Shown piece by piece: positions 12,661 to 24,689 of a stretch of 64,000 nucleotides of DNA. The stretch is from Hypanus sabinus (lineage: Eukaryota): assembly GCF_030144855.1 (NCBI RefSeq), contig NC_082732.1, positions 23,622,001-23,686,000 of the forward strand, read 5' to 3'. The position numbers and the translations under genes were made by a program. The notes beneath the pieces were generated by a model. The model was not told where the DNA came from and did no database searches. It saw nothing but the letters and a program-made list of their open reading frames with translations. The first letter of the stretch is position 1, and the number at the start of each line of letters is the position of its first letter.

Positions 12661-13379
12661 AATCCAGCAAACCCATATTCCTACCAGTAACCCACTGAGC
12701 AAATAGCGATTATCTCAAAGGTTTTAGCCAGGAACATTGACCTAGATGAAGCGCTGTTTGTGTATCCACCCCCACCCCCAGACTCTGACCGAACGAAGCG
12801 AGGTTAACCGGCAATTTAGAAACCACCTTCTGCGGTTTGTCGACACAGCGCATTTCTATAATATCTTTGGAGCCGCCAAACTGCCATTTACGTCTCAGCC
12901 TGTGAAGCCCACCCTGGGCAAAAGTCACTTGAGAGCCAATTGCAGGAGCCTGTTTGGATTGCCAGCCTCCTTTTCCACATTCAGCTCGGGACAGGAGCGC
13001 GATCCGTCACGGCCTCAGTGACAGACCGATATATGGTAACACATGCTCAATCAGCAGTTCTCTTAAAGCACCCACTGGCTAACAGCTTAATACAAAGTCG
13101 TTGTTTTTGTGCTTGCGGCTCTGAGTGACTGTTGCACATTCCAAATAACAAGGTCCAAAGGCCAAATTTTGCAATGTGACCAGCTGTTCCCTGACAAATG
13201 CAAATTCCTTGCTAAAATCGACTGACTCTTGGGTGATCTCAGTAAATAAGTAACGCTTACTTCCCCCAGTAGATCAATCGATTCTTGATATCGCAAATTA
13301 ATACTATTATCTATATTTGAAATCACAATGGAAGGCTCCAGCCTTCTCTCAACAACCTACCTATCTCGCCCTGAGCTAA

Positions 13380-14520
13380 TCTGATTATTTTTTGAACTTG
13401 ACTAGCCTCCGTAATTTCCTTCTAGAACTTTCATGATGTCTTTTGAGAGGTAAGCCATGATATGTTTATTCAAATTATCCATGATTCCGTCAGTTAGCAT
13501 TTTTTCCCCAATGCTACTGTACAGACCGCCATCAATTTTGTCAACACTTTAGATATTGCTTGTTGGATTTGATCGAGAGCATATGCAGTTTCGTGTGTTA
13601 ACTTTTCCAGTGCTGTTGTCATATTAATCAGACCTCGTGTTGCTTTACCCGTTACATAGGCCAATGCTACCCTGCCCAGGTCAACACTAATTAGTCCATC
13701 GGGGTGAAGTCACACACCATCGTCCTGTTTATAACCCAGTTTTTCCCACTTTACCCTTTCGGCCGATGGAGCAATGGACTGGTATGCTCCTGTATCCTCC
13801 ACAGTGGGAGGTGTCATCAGGGCCGCTTCTTTCTGGCACAACGAGCTTATTGATCCTTCTCAATATCAACGAGCTTATCGACCTTATTGCTGCCTCTTTT
13901 GCAGTTCAATCTACCGCTTTTTTGCTCTTTACAGCCCTCATCCATTTGTCCAGTATGCGCTGCGTATGGTTTTCCCCATGTCGCTACATAAAGCCGGACC
14001 GTCAACAAAGAAAATTAAGTCGGCAATAGGGTTATCAGTAAGGTCCATGTGAAGCTTTATTACTTTTTGAGTAACAGTTTCGCAGCAGTGAGGATCACCG
14101 TCTTCCTCCGTAGGGAGAGGAGTTGCACGGCAATTCATTCTAACATTCAGATTTATTAATAATTGGATTTCGTGTTCAGTGCGCCTAAGTTACGTTGCAT
14201 AGCGGGTCAGCAAGGCAAGAGACTGCCACTGCTGGAAGACAATTTTCTGCTGTTCAAAGTCCTGCTCAAAGCCTTCCTCGCTTGAGGAGGCCATCCATGT
14301 ACTGTATTAGATTAGAACATTCCCCCACCCAGGGACTCCTTAGCTTCTTCCATTTGCAGTTTACAAGACAAAACACTGATTGCATCAAAACTATTTTCCA
14401 AGGAATCTCAAACTCAAAATCAATATGCCAAAGGTCTCAGGAAACATTTTTATGTTCTACTAAACAAGGGGTGATCCGTTGGGGCACCCTTTGAGAGAAA
14501 TGTAGTGCAGTCTGATGTGA
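13380..14520 (-). mobile_element. Heavily deleted class-I (gamma/epsilon-like) endogenous retrovirus: pol and env scraps
   Basis: In order on the minus strand: LIQYMDGLL (RT YxDD remnant, ~14284-14310), ATPLPTEEDGDPHCC...IFFVDG (tether/RNase H), TAKEAA (RNase H end), LINMTTALEKLTHETAYALDQIQQAIS...TVAL (env TM heptad-like). Confidence 0.65.
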
Positions 14521-14599
14521 CCAGAATGAACATTAAATTTTCCTTAATGCTATTGGTATTGCTTTGCTTTGGAAATTAAAGAATAAAAACCAGTTTATT

Positions 14600-16050
14600 A
14601 AAGAAGAAAGACAAGTAGCAAGGCAAATATAGATCCTCCTCGTTTAAGGAGGGACACTTCTGATAGCAACATTTCTGGTTGATCTGCCACCCTTGTGCCT
14701 CTCGTTGTCATTCTGGAGATGTGCAGTCCTTTCATGCGCCATCTCTTCATCTCTTCTGCTGTTTGTTGTCTGTCTCTGATCCTGGAATTGTGCATTTCTC
14801 AGCTCCTTTGTCTCTTCCTCTCTCCTCCTCCTGTGCGTGTTGTTGTCATTCTGCAGACGTGCACGCCTCTCCTCCTCTGTCTCTTCTTCTCTCATCTTTT
14901 TTGTCCTGACTCTTTGATCCTGGAGTCGTGCAGCCCTGGCCTCACCCGATTCTTGTTCTCTCCCTCTGCTTGTCGCTTCCCGACGACGTTTGGCGTCCCC
15001 CCTCTCTTTCCACGTGCCATAATTAGACTGACCATATTTTTTTTACCCTAATGCTGGATGGAAGATATGAAGCAATAATACCAAAGGAAGCTGATTATTC
15101 TTGATGATGTGGTTGACGCTCTCCTAAATGGACGTGATAATATTCACCGCTGTCCTTTGACTGCAGAAAAGGGTTTTATGGGTGTCTTGAAGTATGTCAG
15201 TACAGGTTACGGGATATTATGTCATGCTTAAATTTAGAGAAGATCCGATGTTCAGTTTTTGAATCTAGTCAAGACTTTTATACATTGTGGGGACCATTTT
15301 TGAGTTATTTTCAAAACCTTTGATTTGTTGTAAAAGTACAGATGGTGGCTAATAATATATTAAATATTGATACTAACATATAATAACGGTTTCCCCACCG
15401 TTTTTTCTTGCTTTTCCTAACAGCTCTGACTTTGGTAGTGGTTTTGGATCTTTTTTCTGTATACCAAATTTTTTAGATTTCAATATTACAATTTAATTTT
15501 TATGAATACAGGGTTTTGTGATTGTAACCGTATTTTAACACAATGTACTTGGCACTTTAACTTATAATATATCTTCTTGTACTCTGTATTCCTTTATGCA
15601 GAAACTTATAAAAATATTGAAAGAGAAGTACGTCATTACAATAGGATTTAATGATCTCTTATTGATGGGTGGCAGTGGATCTGTCCCAACCTTGCAGCTG
15701 CTGATGGTGATGTGACCGCTGCCCTGCCCTCTTGCTCCGGTCGGTGTCGCTGCTGAGGCTGGCCGTGCGCATGTGTCGTGGTGTCGCGTCCCGATTTGCA
15801 TGATGACGGATCGGCTCATGCAAATGCGAGGGTTGGGGTTAGGGTTAGGTTAGGACAGCCTGTTGACTTTTTTGCGAATGAGCAATTTTATACGAATATA
15901 TAACCCTGAACTTTGCATGCATTCTTATAAGTTAGCGCATTTAAAGTCGATTTAGCCAAAAAAAAAGTGCCGGTGTAATGCACTGTTTGCGCTGATTGGA
16001 GATCACAAACAGATAGCATGAGAGTTTTGGTAGTACAGTATATAGATAGA
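14600..16050 (-). mobile_element. Helitron-like element, 5' portion
   Basis: A|TCTAT... 5' terminus near 16050; broken ORF from ATG at 15020 (MARGKRGG...) with charged repeats REEETEEERRARLQ, typical of RepHel N-terminal STPR-like repeats. No Rep/helicase motifs or 3' CTAG hairpin seen. Confidence 0.55.
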
Positions 16051-16054
16051 TAAA

Positions 16055-19000
16055 AGAAAGCAGTCTTTTAGAATTGCTCTCAAAAATATGAGAATCTTTC
16101 CAAAATTGTTAATTTCAAAGTCCCAATTATCTTCCAAAGAGCAATTTCTCCCCAATGCCCATTTCTGTCAGAAACATGGACATCTCATATTCCAAATACA
16201 GATGCACAGATTGCTGCCTCAACTCATATTACACCCAGCCAGTATAAAGAAACAGAAACTTAAAAAAAAATACGCTGTCAAAACAAAACAAGAACAAAAA
16301 AACATTCTTCCTTGCAAGTAACTTCAAAATTTAAAATACACCGTTAATTCCCATCGTGAAAAGCTTTCACACAGATTTCAAAGGACCAAGAAAGAAAAAT
16401 GCACACATTAACACATTGCTGCAACCTCTTAAAGGTTATAACAGCACATTTCTCTTCCTCCCCTTCCTTCCTTTCTTTCATCTCTCTAGTCATGTGGCCA
16501 CACTTTACATAGAAAACCATTCACACTTTAAACCATTTTAAGGTTCCTCAAGGTTAAACTGTTGCCGTAATATTCAGTTACAAATTGACAACACTGAAGA
16601 AACATGTTACTCTAAGACCCTAAAACAAAGAAATATTCATCAACCTACAATACTTTAAATCAACTTTAAACTTTAAAGCATGAAATCCCGCATTAACCAA
16701 AATTCCAACATATCTGACCCTTCTGCAACTCAAATCTCTGATTTTTGTTAGGATTGAAATTACATGAACCGTTTGCTTTACAGTCCCGAGGGTAATGACC
16801 CAGGTGAAACAGCAGATTTGAGCACTGAGAGAGTCCTGACGAAGGGTCTCGGCCCGAAATGTTGACTGCTCGTTTCAACGAATGCTGCCCGACCTGCTGA
16901 GTTCATCCAGCTTGTTTGTACGTGTAGATTTGAGCGCTGTACTGTTCCCAACAACAGCTTCCCTGATTGGGCGAAGGCACACTCCAGCAATGTGTTACTT
17001 TCTACGATCTCTTCTGCTGGCTTCTCCCCTGACCTGCATTTCCCTCACACGATATCCCGTGTACTTTTCTCGAAAGGAAAAGACTTCAGCTGCCTGCAGC
17101 TCCCTCTCCCATGCTCTAATCATTTTAACCATCCATGCCTCAGTATGTGCAGGGTCACTGGGATCAAACAGTTCCAACATCTTTCTAGAATCGGCAGTAC
17201 CATGAGACACTAATGTTATTAACCATCCATGTGTGGGTTCTGGCTCTAAATGATCTCCATCTAATGGTGATCCATACATGCCTCGGAACACCATCCACAG
17301 GTGGGACACAAATGAAACGGGGCGTTTTCCTTTTCTCTGGCAACATTTATGTAACTGATCAATTGGGTCCCAATTTTTATTACCCATGAGTCAATATCAC
17401 ATTAATTCCTCGTTTATTCCCTGAGCATGTCGCTGTGCTTGGCAAAGCAGAGTGCAAGTTCAGATGCAAGCACCTTATAATTAATTTCCTATCTTCATTT
17501 GTCGCCTAGTCTGTGCATTGTTCTCTGGCAATTAATTACTTGGAACAACTCTAGTCATCCTTGGGCACATACGTCCCAATATCCTTAACAACAATCCTCA
17601 GCTGCTGTACCCTGAATGGGGTACTGCGTGTTAGAAGCCCATATTGCTCCTCTCTATGCAGCAAGTTGGCTCTGCAGCTTTAAGCGCTTAGTATTATTTC
17701 CTGTGCTACTTTTTTTTCATGTGCTGATTTCTCTTTTTAGATCAGGGAAAGACACACCCTGCACCATCTTTTACTTTTGTTACGTACCCGTAACTGGGTC
17801 ACTTAGCAGCAAAGATAGAGAGGTCCATTGAAGTCTGATGGTACTATTTTTAAACAGTATTTATTGATAAAAATACACAAAAATAATATCAATGCAAACA
17901 TACAGATAATATACGACGTCAATACTAAATCTAAAAGCGCGGGTATAATAATAATCAATAAGAAATAGCTCTATCGTTGTCTAGGGGATAATGTATTATC
18001 CGATGGAAATATAAAAGTCACTCAAGTTTATTCAAGCTGTAGCTTTTCGGTTGGAGAGAAAGGCGGAGGTTTAACTTGCCCATTCCTTTTATGATGTCAA
18101 TCCTTTGAGAGTCGTTGGGGACTGGTTTCCCCTTTGTGGTTAGCTAAAGCCGTGCTTCTGTGGTAAAGGCCCACTGATTCCGAGGCAAATGGAAAAGGAC
18201 GAACGTGGGCTTTCCACCAGCTTTCATTGTTACAGGAGTTCTAGCATTTCTTCTGGTGCGTCTGAAGGGGCTGTTCCCCAGACCCTCTTTTATCCTGACT
18301 CACAGGGTCTCAGATGTCAATCAGGTTGGGATGATGCAATCCCTCCTCCAACCCCCCACCCCTCGGTTCATTGCCTGGGGGCTTCGATGCATCCTACAGT
18401 ATTCAATACACAATTCCGTCTCCAAGAGACAATAGCCGTTATCAATGGTTCCGCCTTTCGGAGGCCAGGACACATTCCAAACTCTTTGTGGATTCTGCAT
18501 GTCTTCCTCTCATTTCCTGGGTGTCCTGAACTGACTTAATAGTGATCTTGCGATTCTCAAAAAGGAGGGGGCCATGGACGTAACACTTTATCCTTATTTA
18601 GTTCTATTTACATTTATTAATATTCTATCAACATACCAGTTTTCACTACAGTGTCCTGTTGTGTTTTAATAAGTTTAGTTCCGGCACTTGGTGTCCCCCT
18701 TACTTACCCTTTCATTATTGGATAGTTTACTAATTTCCTTTCTCATATTACTTCAGAAAACTTACACGTGTTTCCGATGCTAGGTTGACCAGTACAAGTG
18801 CCCCTGACACAAAAAAAACATTCAATACATTTGTGCACATGCGTCCCAGACACTAGGCCGACCTGTACCAGTGACCCCGACACCAAAAACTATCCAAATC
18901 GTTGGTGCACATCTCTTTCCTGTGTCCCAGACGCTCGGTCGACCTATAGTGTTCATCTCTTTTCTTACTCAAAGTTTCTGTCGTCACATCAGAATCACGA

Positions 19001-19986
19001 GGAGAGAAACTGATCCACTCAAGGCCATAGCAGTGTGTAGGGTAAAAGCGTGTCAAAACCAAAGTCAAGCTGCAAAGGGTAAAAAAGCTTTACCTTCAGC
19101 AGCCACTGCTCCCGAGTTTCCATAAGGCGGATCTGTCCTTGGAATTTCCCACATCGCTGTCACACTTCAACAAGCGGTCTTGGTGGGACCTCCAAATTCT
19201 GTCATGTACCGTTCAGCTATGTCTTCTAATTTTCAGAAATAAACTACAACAAATTCAGACAGGATCATATTATTAATGCATTTATTATTTTCCTTCCAAG
19301 GGGAGGTATAATTCCAATCACAAACAAGTGAAATCTGTAGATGCTGGAAATCCAAAGCAACACACACAAAATGCTGGAGGAACTCAGCAGGCCAGACAGC
19401 ATCTATGGGAAAGAGTACAGTCCACTTTTTGGGCCGAGACCCTTCAGCAGGACTTCCAACCAAGTTTCGTCTGAAAAAATGGCTGCGATCATATGATTCA
19501 ACCAAGACTCTTCCATATGTTTTCTTTCACAAGAGAACAGTAATTAGATTGATCCATTCAATAACTATACATTCCTCGGTAATCTCATTTTCACATTTGT
19601 TCTCTCAGAAGCTCTATACTGTTGTCAAAACATTCCCTCTGGTGATAAAACAAATCACCTATCATAGAAAAAACAGCTTCTTCCCATAAAACACAAACTT
19701 GTGTAAGTTTTCCCAAGCAGACCAGCCCACACCTTGGGATTTCATAGACTCCAGCTATGAAGTTACAAATTCATAAAAACTTCAGGGTTACAGATATATT
19801 TCCGTAGAACCCATTTTTAAAAAGACCAACAAACACCCAATGTGCAGAGAGAGGTAAAGAAACTAAATCAGGCAAACCATGAAAGCAAGCGAGAGCATTC
19901 AGAACGAAAACAAGTCCATAGACACGAAATCTGGAGCAGGTTCACAGCCTCAGCATCACGGAGAGCAGAGTAAACATTGCAGGACA
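16055..19986 (-). mobile_element. Degraded LTR element/ERV 5' part: LTR (~19200-19986), tRNA-Gln PBS (19177-19194), gag-like remnant (~16950-17500)
   Basis: Minus-strand TGGAGGTCCCACCAAGAC closely matches the complement of the tRNA-Gln 3' end, 5 nt after ...TGACA; ORF 16995-17387 has a capsid-like CxQxKxxxPxxFxxxLW pattern. Confidence 0.55.
17778..18585 (-). mobile_element. Solo LTR related to the Gypsy LTRs at 46427/50649
   Basis: TGTTA...TAACA ends, 4-bp TSD CTTT, terminal region is the reverse complement of the 46427-47185 LTR end. Confidence 0.9.
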
Positions 19987-19999
19987 ATGAGTAGAACTG

Positions 20000-20660
20000 G
20001 CCGGACCCTTGCCCCCAGATCTGATGCCTTTTCAATCCATCTGGCCTGACATTCAGTAAAGACAGGAAACAAAATCTCCTCCATGAGTATGCTCAACATC
20101 AGTGCTCTGCAAAACTGTGCTGCCAGCTCACTAACATGCTCCCTATATACTCAACTGTGTGAGTAAATTATGCACTAACTTCATTTATAAGTTTGCAAAT
20201 GCCACCACCACAGAGGGTCTTATCTCAACCAAATGAGACAGTGTACAGGAAAGCCTAGTGGCACGGTGTCAAGTCAACAACTTACCCCTCAATGTCAGTA
20301 AAATAAAAGTCATTAAATTCAGGAAGTCATTAAGTTCACACCCCTCTGTATCAATAGTGCTTTCGGGCAGATGGCTGAGAGCTTCAAGTTTCTTGGTGTA
20401 AGTACAGCCAACGATTTGTCCTGGTCCAGCCACAGAAGCACATGTTCCCAATGACTCTTACCAATTTTTAAAGATGTATCACACCTTGGTACAATGATTT
20501 CCCAGCCGCAAGATATTGCAGTGTTGAATGCAGCCTTGTCATTGACACAAAACAAGTTTCCCTGCTTTGACTACATCTATGCTTCCTGCTACCTCGGGTC
20601 TTCTCCTAACAGAACATTGGGAGTACATAGTGCCAGACACAAAGACAGCTTCTATCCTAT
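20000..20660 (+). mobile_element. Degraded Rex-Babar/L2-like LINE fragment
   Basis: RT C-terminal remnants (gagagcttcaagtttcttgg, aaagacagcttctatcc) shared with 34050-34415 and 62345-62900. Confidence 0.55.
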
Positions 20661-20669
20661 TATCATAAG

Positions 20670-21110
20670 ACAGAATCATAGAAAATTACAGCGCAGAAAC
20701 AGATCTTTTGGCCCATCTAGTCCAAACTGAGCCATTTAAACTGCTTACTCCCATCGACCTGCACTGGGACCATAGCCCACCTGTGTACCTACCCAAAATT
20801 CTCTTAAAACGTTGAAATCGATTTTGCACACACCACTTGCACTGGCAGCTCGTTCTACACTCACAATCCTCTGAGTGAAGAAGTTTCCCCTCATGTTCCC
20901 CCTAAACTTCACAGCTTTCACCCTTAACCCATAAACTCTAGTTGTAGTCCCACCTAATCTCTGTGAAAAAGGCCTGCTTGCATTTATCCTATCTATACCC
21001 CTCATAATTTTGAATAACCCTAACAAATCTCCTTTCAATCTTCTATGTTCCAAGGAATAAAGTCCTAACATTCAATCTTTCTGCATAACTTCGGTCCTCC
21101 AGACCTGGAA
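20670..21110 (-). mobile_element. CR1 LINE 3' fragment
   Basis: LGLYSLEHRRLKGDLLGLFKIMRG...FFTQRIV: CR1 ORF2 C-terminus. Confidence 0.85.
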
Positions 21111-21769
21111 TGTGAGGGTCACTAGTGAACTCAAGTGCTGGAATCATAGAGCCTTTAGCAACTGAAATAAACTAAAGATTTATTACAGAAATTAACAAGA
21201 AAAAGCTAACAAGTCCACAGGCAAACTGTACAGAATCTTGATGAACTGAAATCACTCCTGATACACAAAAGAATTTGGTCTGAGTTACACCGGAGAAGGA
21301 ACCACAACGTCACAACAAAGACAGGTTGTTATCTCCCCCTGAAGTACACCCTGGGGCATGTAGGAATTTTGGACATTGACATTACCGTGCCAATGTAATG
21401 ATCCCAAATTGATTAAAAAGTGATAAATACTAAGTTTAACAATCCCCATGATCCCAAATGAGATATCTACAAAACAAAGTGAAAAACCAGGGCTAGTGCA
21501 GAGACAATTAGACAGAAAAGGACAATGTACACACTCACCAGGTGACATTGAGAAAAATACAGTCCACTTACTGACAAAAAATTTTTTCTTAAAAACAATC
21601 AAGGTTGTGACACAGAACATTTTAACAGACCTTTCACACACTAAAAGACAAACTCTATTTCCCAGTCTACCTTCGGGCCCTTGTACTTTAATTGCTTATC
21701 TGCACTTTCTCTGCAACTACAACGCTGTATTCTACATTCTGTTCTTACAATCAAGATGTAATTATGTAT

Positions 21770-22655
21770 GGCATCCCTTCTCTCAGTTCCACCATCTCCC
21801 ATGCATTAGTTGTCAGGGTGAGACTTTTCATTCCAGAACTAATGAGATGTCTTCCTTCTTCAAAGAAATGGGCTTCTCTTTCTCCACCATCAAATCTGCC
21901 CTCACCCGCATCTCTTCCAGTTTGCGCACGATTTGGAGGATGATGTGTCTGTTCCATTTTTCATTTGTTTTGTATGGGGAGGTGGGACTTGAGTGTTGAT
22001 GATCGTGCTGCCTTTTTTGGATTCTTGGCTACTCGGAGAAGAATTTCAGAGTTGTATACTTTGATAATAAATAAACCTTTGAATGCCTGTCCTTACCCCA
22101 ACCTCCCACCAGGGATAGGGTTCCTCTCCTACCATCCCACTGGCCTCCGCATCCAGCACTGTAACTTCTGCCGTCTCCATCAGGATCCAACCACATCATT
22201 CCCTCACCCCCACTTTCTGCAGGGATCGTTCCCTACATGACTCCCTTAACCATTCGTCCCTCCACACTGATCTCCGTCCTGCACTTACTCTTGCAAGTGC
22301 CACACCTGCCCCTGAACCACCTCCCTCACTACTATTCAGGGGCCCCAAATAGTCCTTCCAGGTGAGGCAACACCACCCATGAGTCTCTTGGGGTCATGCA
22401 CAGTATCCAGTGCTCCCGGTGTGGCTTCCTGTATATCAGTGAAACCCGACATAGATTGAGAGACCACTTCATTCAGTACCTATGCTTCATCTGCCAGAAA
22501 AAGCAGGATCTCCTAGTGGCCACCCATTTCAATTCTACTTCTCATTCTGATGTGCCGATGGCATGAACATTGGTTTCAGAAATTTCCAGTAATTGACACC
22601 CCCCTTCGCTATTCCTCTCTCCCTTTCTCATCTCCAGCACTTTTTGTGTGTGTTA
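21770..22655 (+). mobile_element. Penelope-like element remnant with GIY-YIG endonuclease, interrupted by a LINE tail (~21920-22083)
   Basis: SIQCSRCGFLYISETRHRLRDHF (~22400-22470) matches the PLE GIY-YIG motif; upstream FHSRTNEMSSFFKEMGF fits the PLE RT thumb region. Confidence 0.75.
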
Positions 22656-24136
22656 AGATAACAAATATGTGGCAAAGTGGGTCAGTGATTATCTGAGCAA
22701 TGAAATGAAACAATTGTAAATAATTGCCTGAGCAGATGATGAATGATCCATCTTAATATGTATATTGTGCAAATAAGGAGGGCTTAATATTATGTTCAAA
22801 TGTTTAATGATCTTGAGTTTCCAGTTTGAAAAGGAACTCCTTCCTGATTTTTGTTTTAAACACAAAAACTGAACACTGAGATCTCAAATGGAAGCAAAAG
22901 GTGCAAGTCGATCTTTTGGTTCAAAACCCTGCATCAAATACTGAGAAGGAACAGAAAAAGGTTTCTAGTATATATTCATATGAAGGGAAATGGGGTAGGT
23001 GATAGTTGGAACCAGATAGAGAGGAGGTGATTGATGTTTAGAACCAGATGGGTTGGGGGTGGGGAGAGATGGGGTATTGGAGGGATGGAGAAATAATTTT
23101 TCCCAATTTCAAGTTTCCCACATCCCCATTGTTCTCCATCTCCTCCCCCACCACATAGACTTAAGAGTATACTCTTTGTTCATCTCTCCCCTCCTCTCCC
23201 CTCAACCTGACCCGGTTCCAGCATTCATGTTTCCTTTTGTCTCCAATAGGTTTTATAGTTCAATATACTTCCGAGAATCTGTTTAAGTCTCACATAGGAG
23301 AGTAGGCAGTACAAGAAAGTAAAGAACGAAAATGAGATCATTGTTCAAAATTTCAATTTTTTTTTACTTAAATCAGTTTAACAGAGCTATATTGCAAATA
23401 CAAACTGAAAACATATGTCAATCAGTATGAATGCCAAGTCATTAGCTTAATAGATTTCACAATGCAGAAATCACAAACAAGGAAAATAGTGCTTAGATTA
23501 CATTCAAGATCAATCAGACTTTCCACGCACTGAATTAATAGCTCACATCTGTAAACTTTTTCTTCCTTCCCTAAAATCTCAAGTGTAGAACTCCTAACGT
23601 CCACTTTCTTCCTACAAGGTAGATATTAAAACATTGGGCCTTTGTGACATCACCTGTGCTACTTAAACAATGTCTTCACTTCACTCACCTTTTACAACTT
23701 GATAAATGCTTGCACTTTGTGTCATGGACAGCTTTCTTTAAAAATGGGAACAAAAAGTAAGAGATTAAAGTGTTATGTGCCAGGATAGGGGTTTTTAAAT
23801 TAAAGTACATTTATTACCTATGTCATCATATACCACCCTGAAATTCACATTCTCAGGGTGAGGTACAAGCAATGCAAAGTTACCTGAGCAATGAACTAAA
23901 CTCCATTTCAAATTAACATTCTTCAGGAAACAGGAAATAAATGTGCAAGTTTATTATTAACTAACTGTTCAAGTTCTACAGAAGCCAATTAAGGATACCC
24001 TCCTTGGTGCCAGTCATGAACGGCAAAAAAACTATTTACCTCTAACTACTGCTCCACCATACGCCCCAATTCATTAAATGCACATTCATCTTTTTAATTA
24101 GGAGCTAAATTCAGTGCCTTATTTCTCGACCTGTAA

Positions 24137-24451
24137 TTAGTAGCATTTGTTTCCTCCCAATTCAGTTTTGGAACCCACAGGATTATTGGTGAACTTCAGT
24201 TGTTTTTCCCCAGCTAGCAGTAGATCCAGTGTCAGGTTTAGATCTTCAAAACTGAGATTTGCCAAGAAGTTCCTCTTCAGTTCGGTCTGCACTGTTGATT
24301 CACAACTCACTGTAAACTGCAGGCAGGTGGGCAGAAACTGGTAGCAAAGCCAGTCAAATAACTCCTCCGCAGTGATTTCTGCTAAAGCGAGAAGCTCTGA
24401 ATTCCACAGTTGTAGGTGCAACATGTTTGCGGCAATTCTTGCTGATAGGCG
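24137..24451 (-). CDS. PINK1: PINK1 exon 8, coding part (C-terminal extension, stop TAA at 24137-24139)
   Basis: RLSARIAANMLHLQLW...LFDWL...ELKRNFLANL resembles the PINK1 C-terminal region; polypyrimidine + TAG acceptor. Confidence 0.93.
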   Translation of the reverse strand, partial: RLSARIAANMLHLQLWNSELLALAEITAEELFDWLCYQFLPTCLQFTVSCESTVQTELKRNFLANLSFEDLNLTLDLLLAGEKQLKFTNNPVGSKTELGGNKCY

Positions 24452-24689
24452 CTATAAATGGGAAGAAGAAGAGTGAAAAGCTGTATTTATAGTCTATAGT
24501 AACACTGAGATTACAAAGCAAATTGTAAGAGATTTTAGGAGGCTTATGTAGTGGAAAGTAGCAAGTGAACAAGAATCATAGCAAAGCAATTACATGAATT
24601 TAAGATTAGAAATCTTAAATTCTGGAATAACATACCCAACACATGAAAATGAATAGCAGCCAAGAATTCCAATTATATTATTTTAATAA

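Noticed and set aside
15829-15853. GGGTTGGGGTTAGGGTTAGGTTAGG as an interstitial telomere or fusion scar
   Set aside because: Only about four degenerate units, inside a transposon-like element where such motifs are common.
21448-21999. 183-aa ORF as a novel gene
   Set aside because: Chimeric read-through across a LINE tail and a Penelope fragment; no coherent homology.
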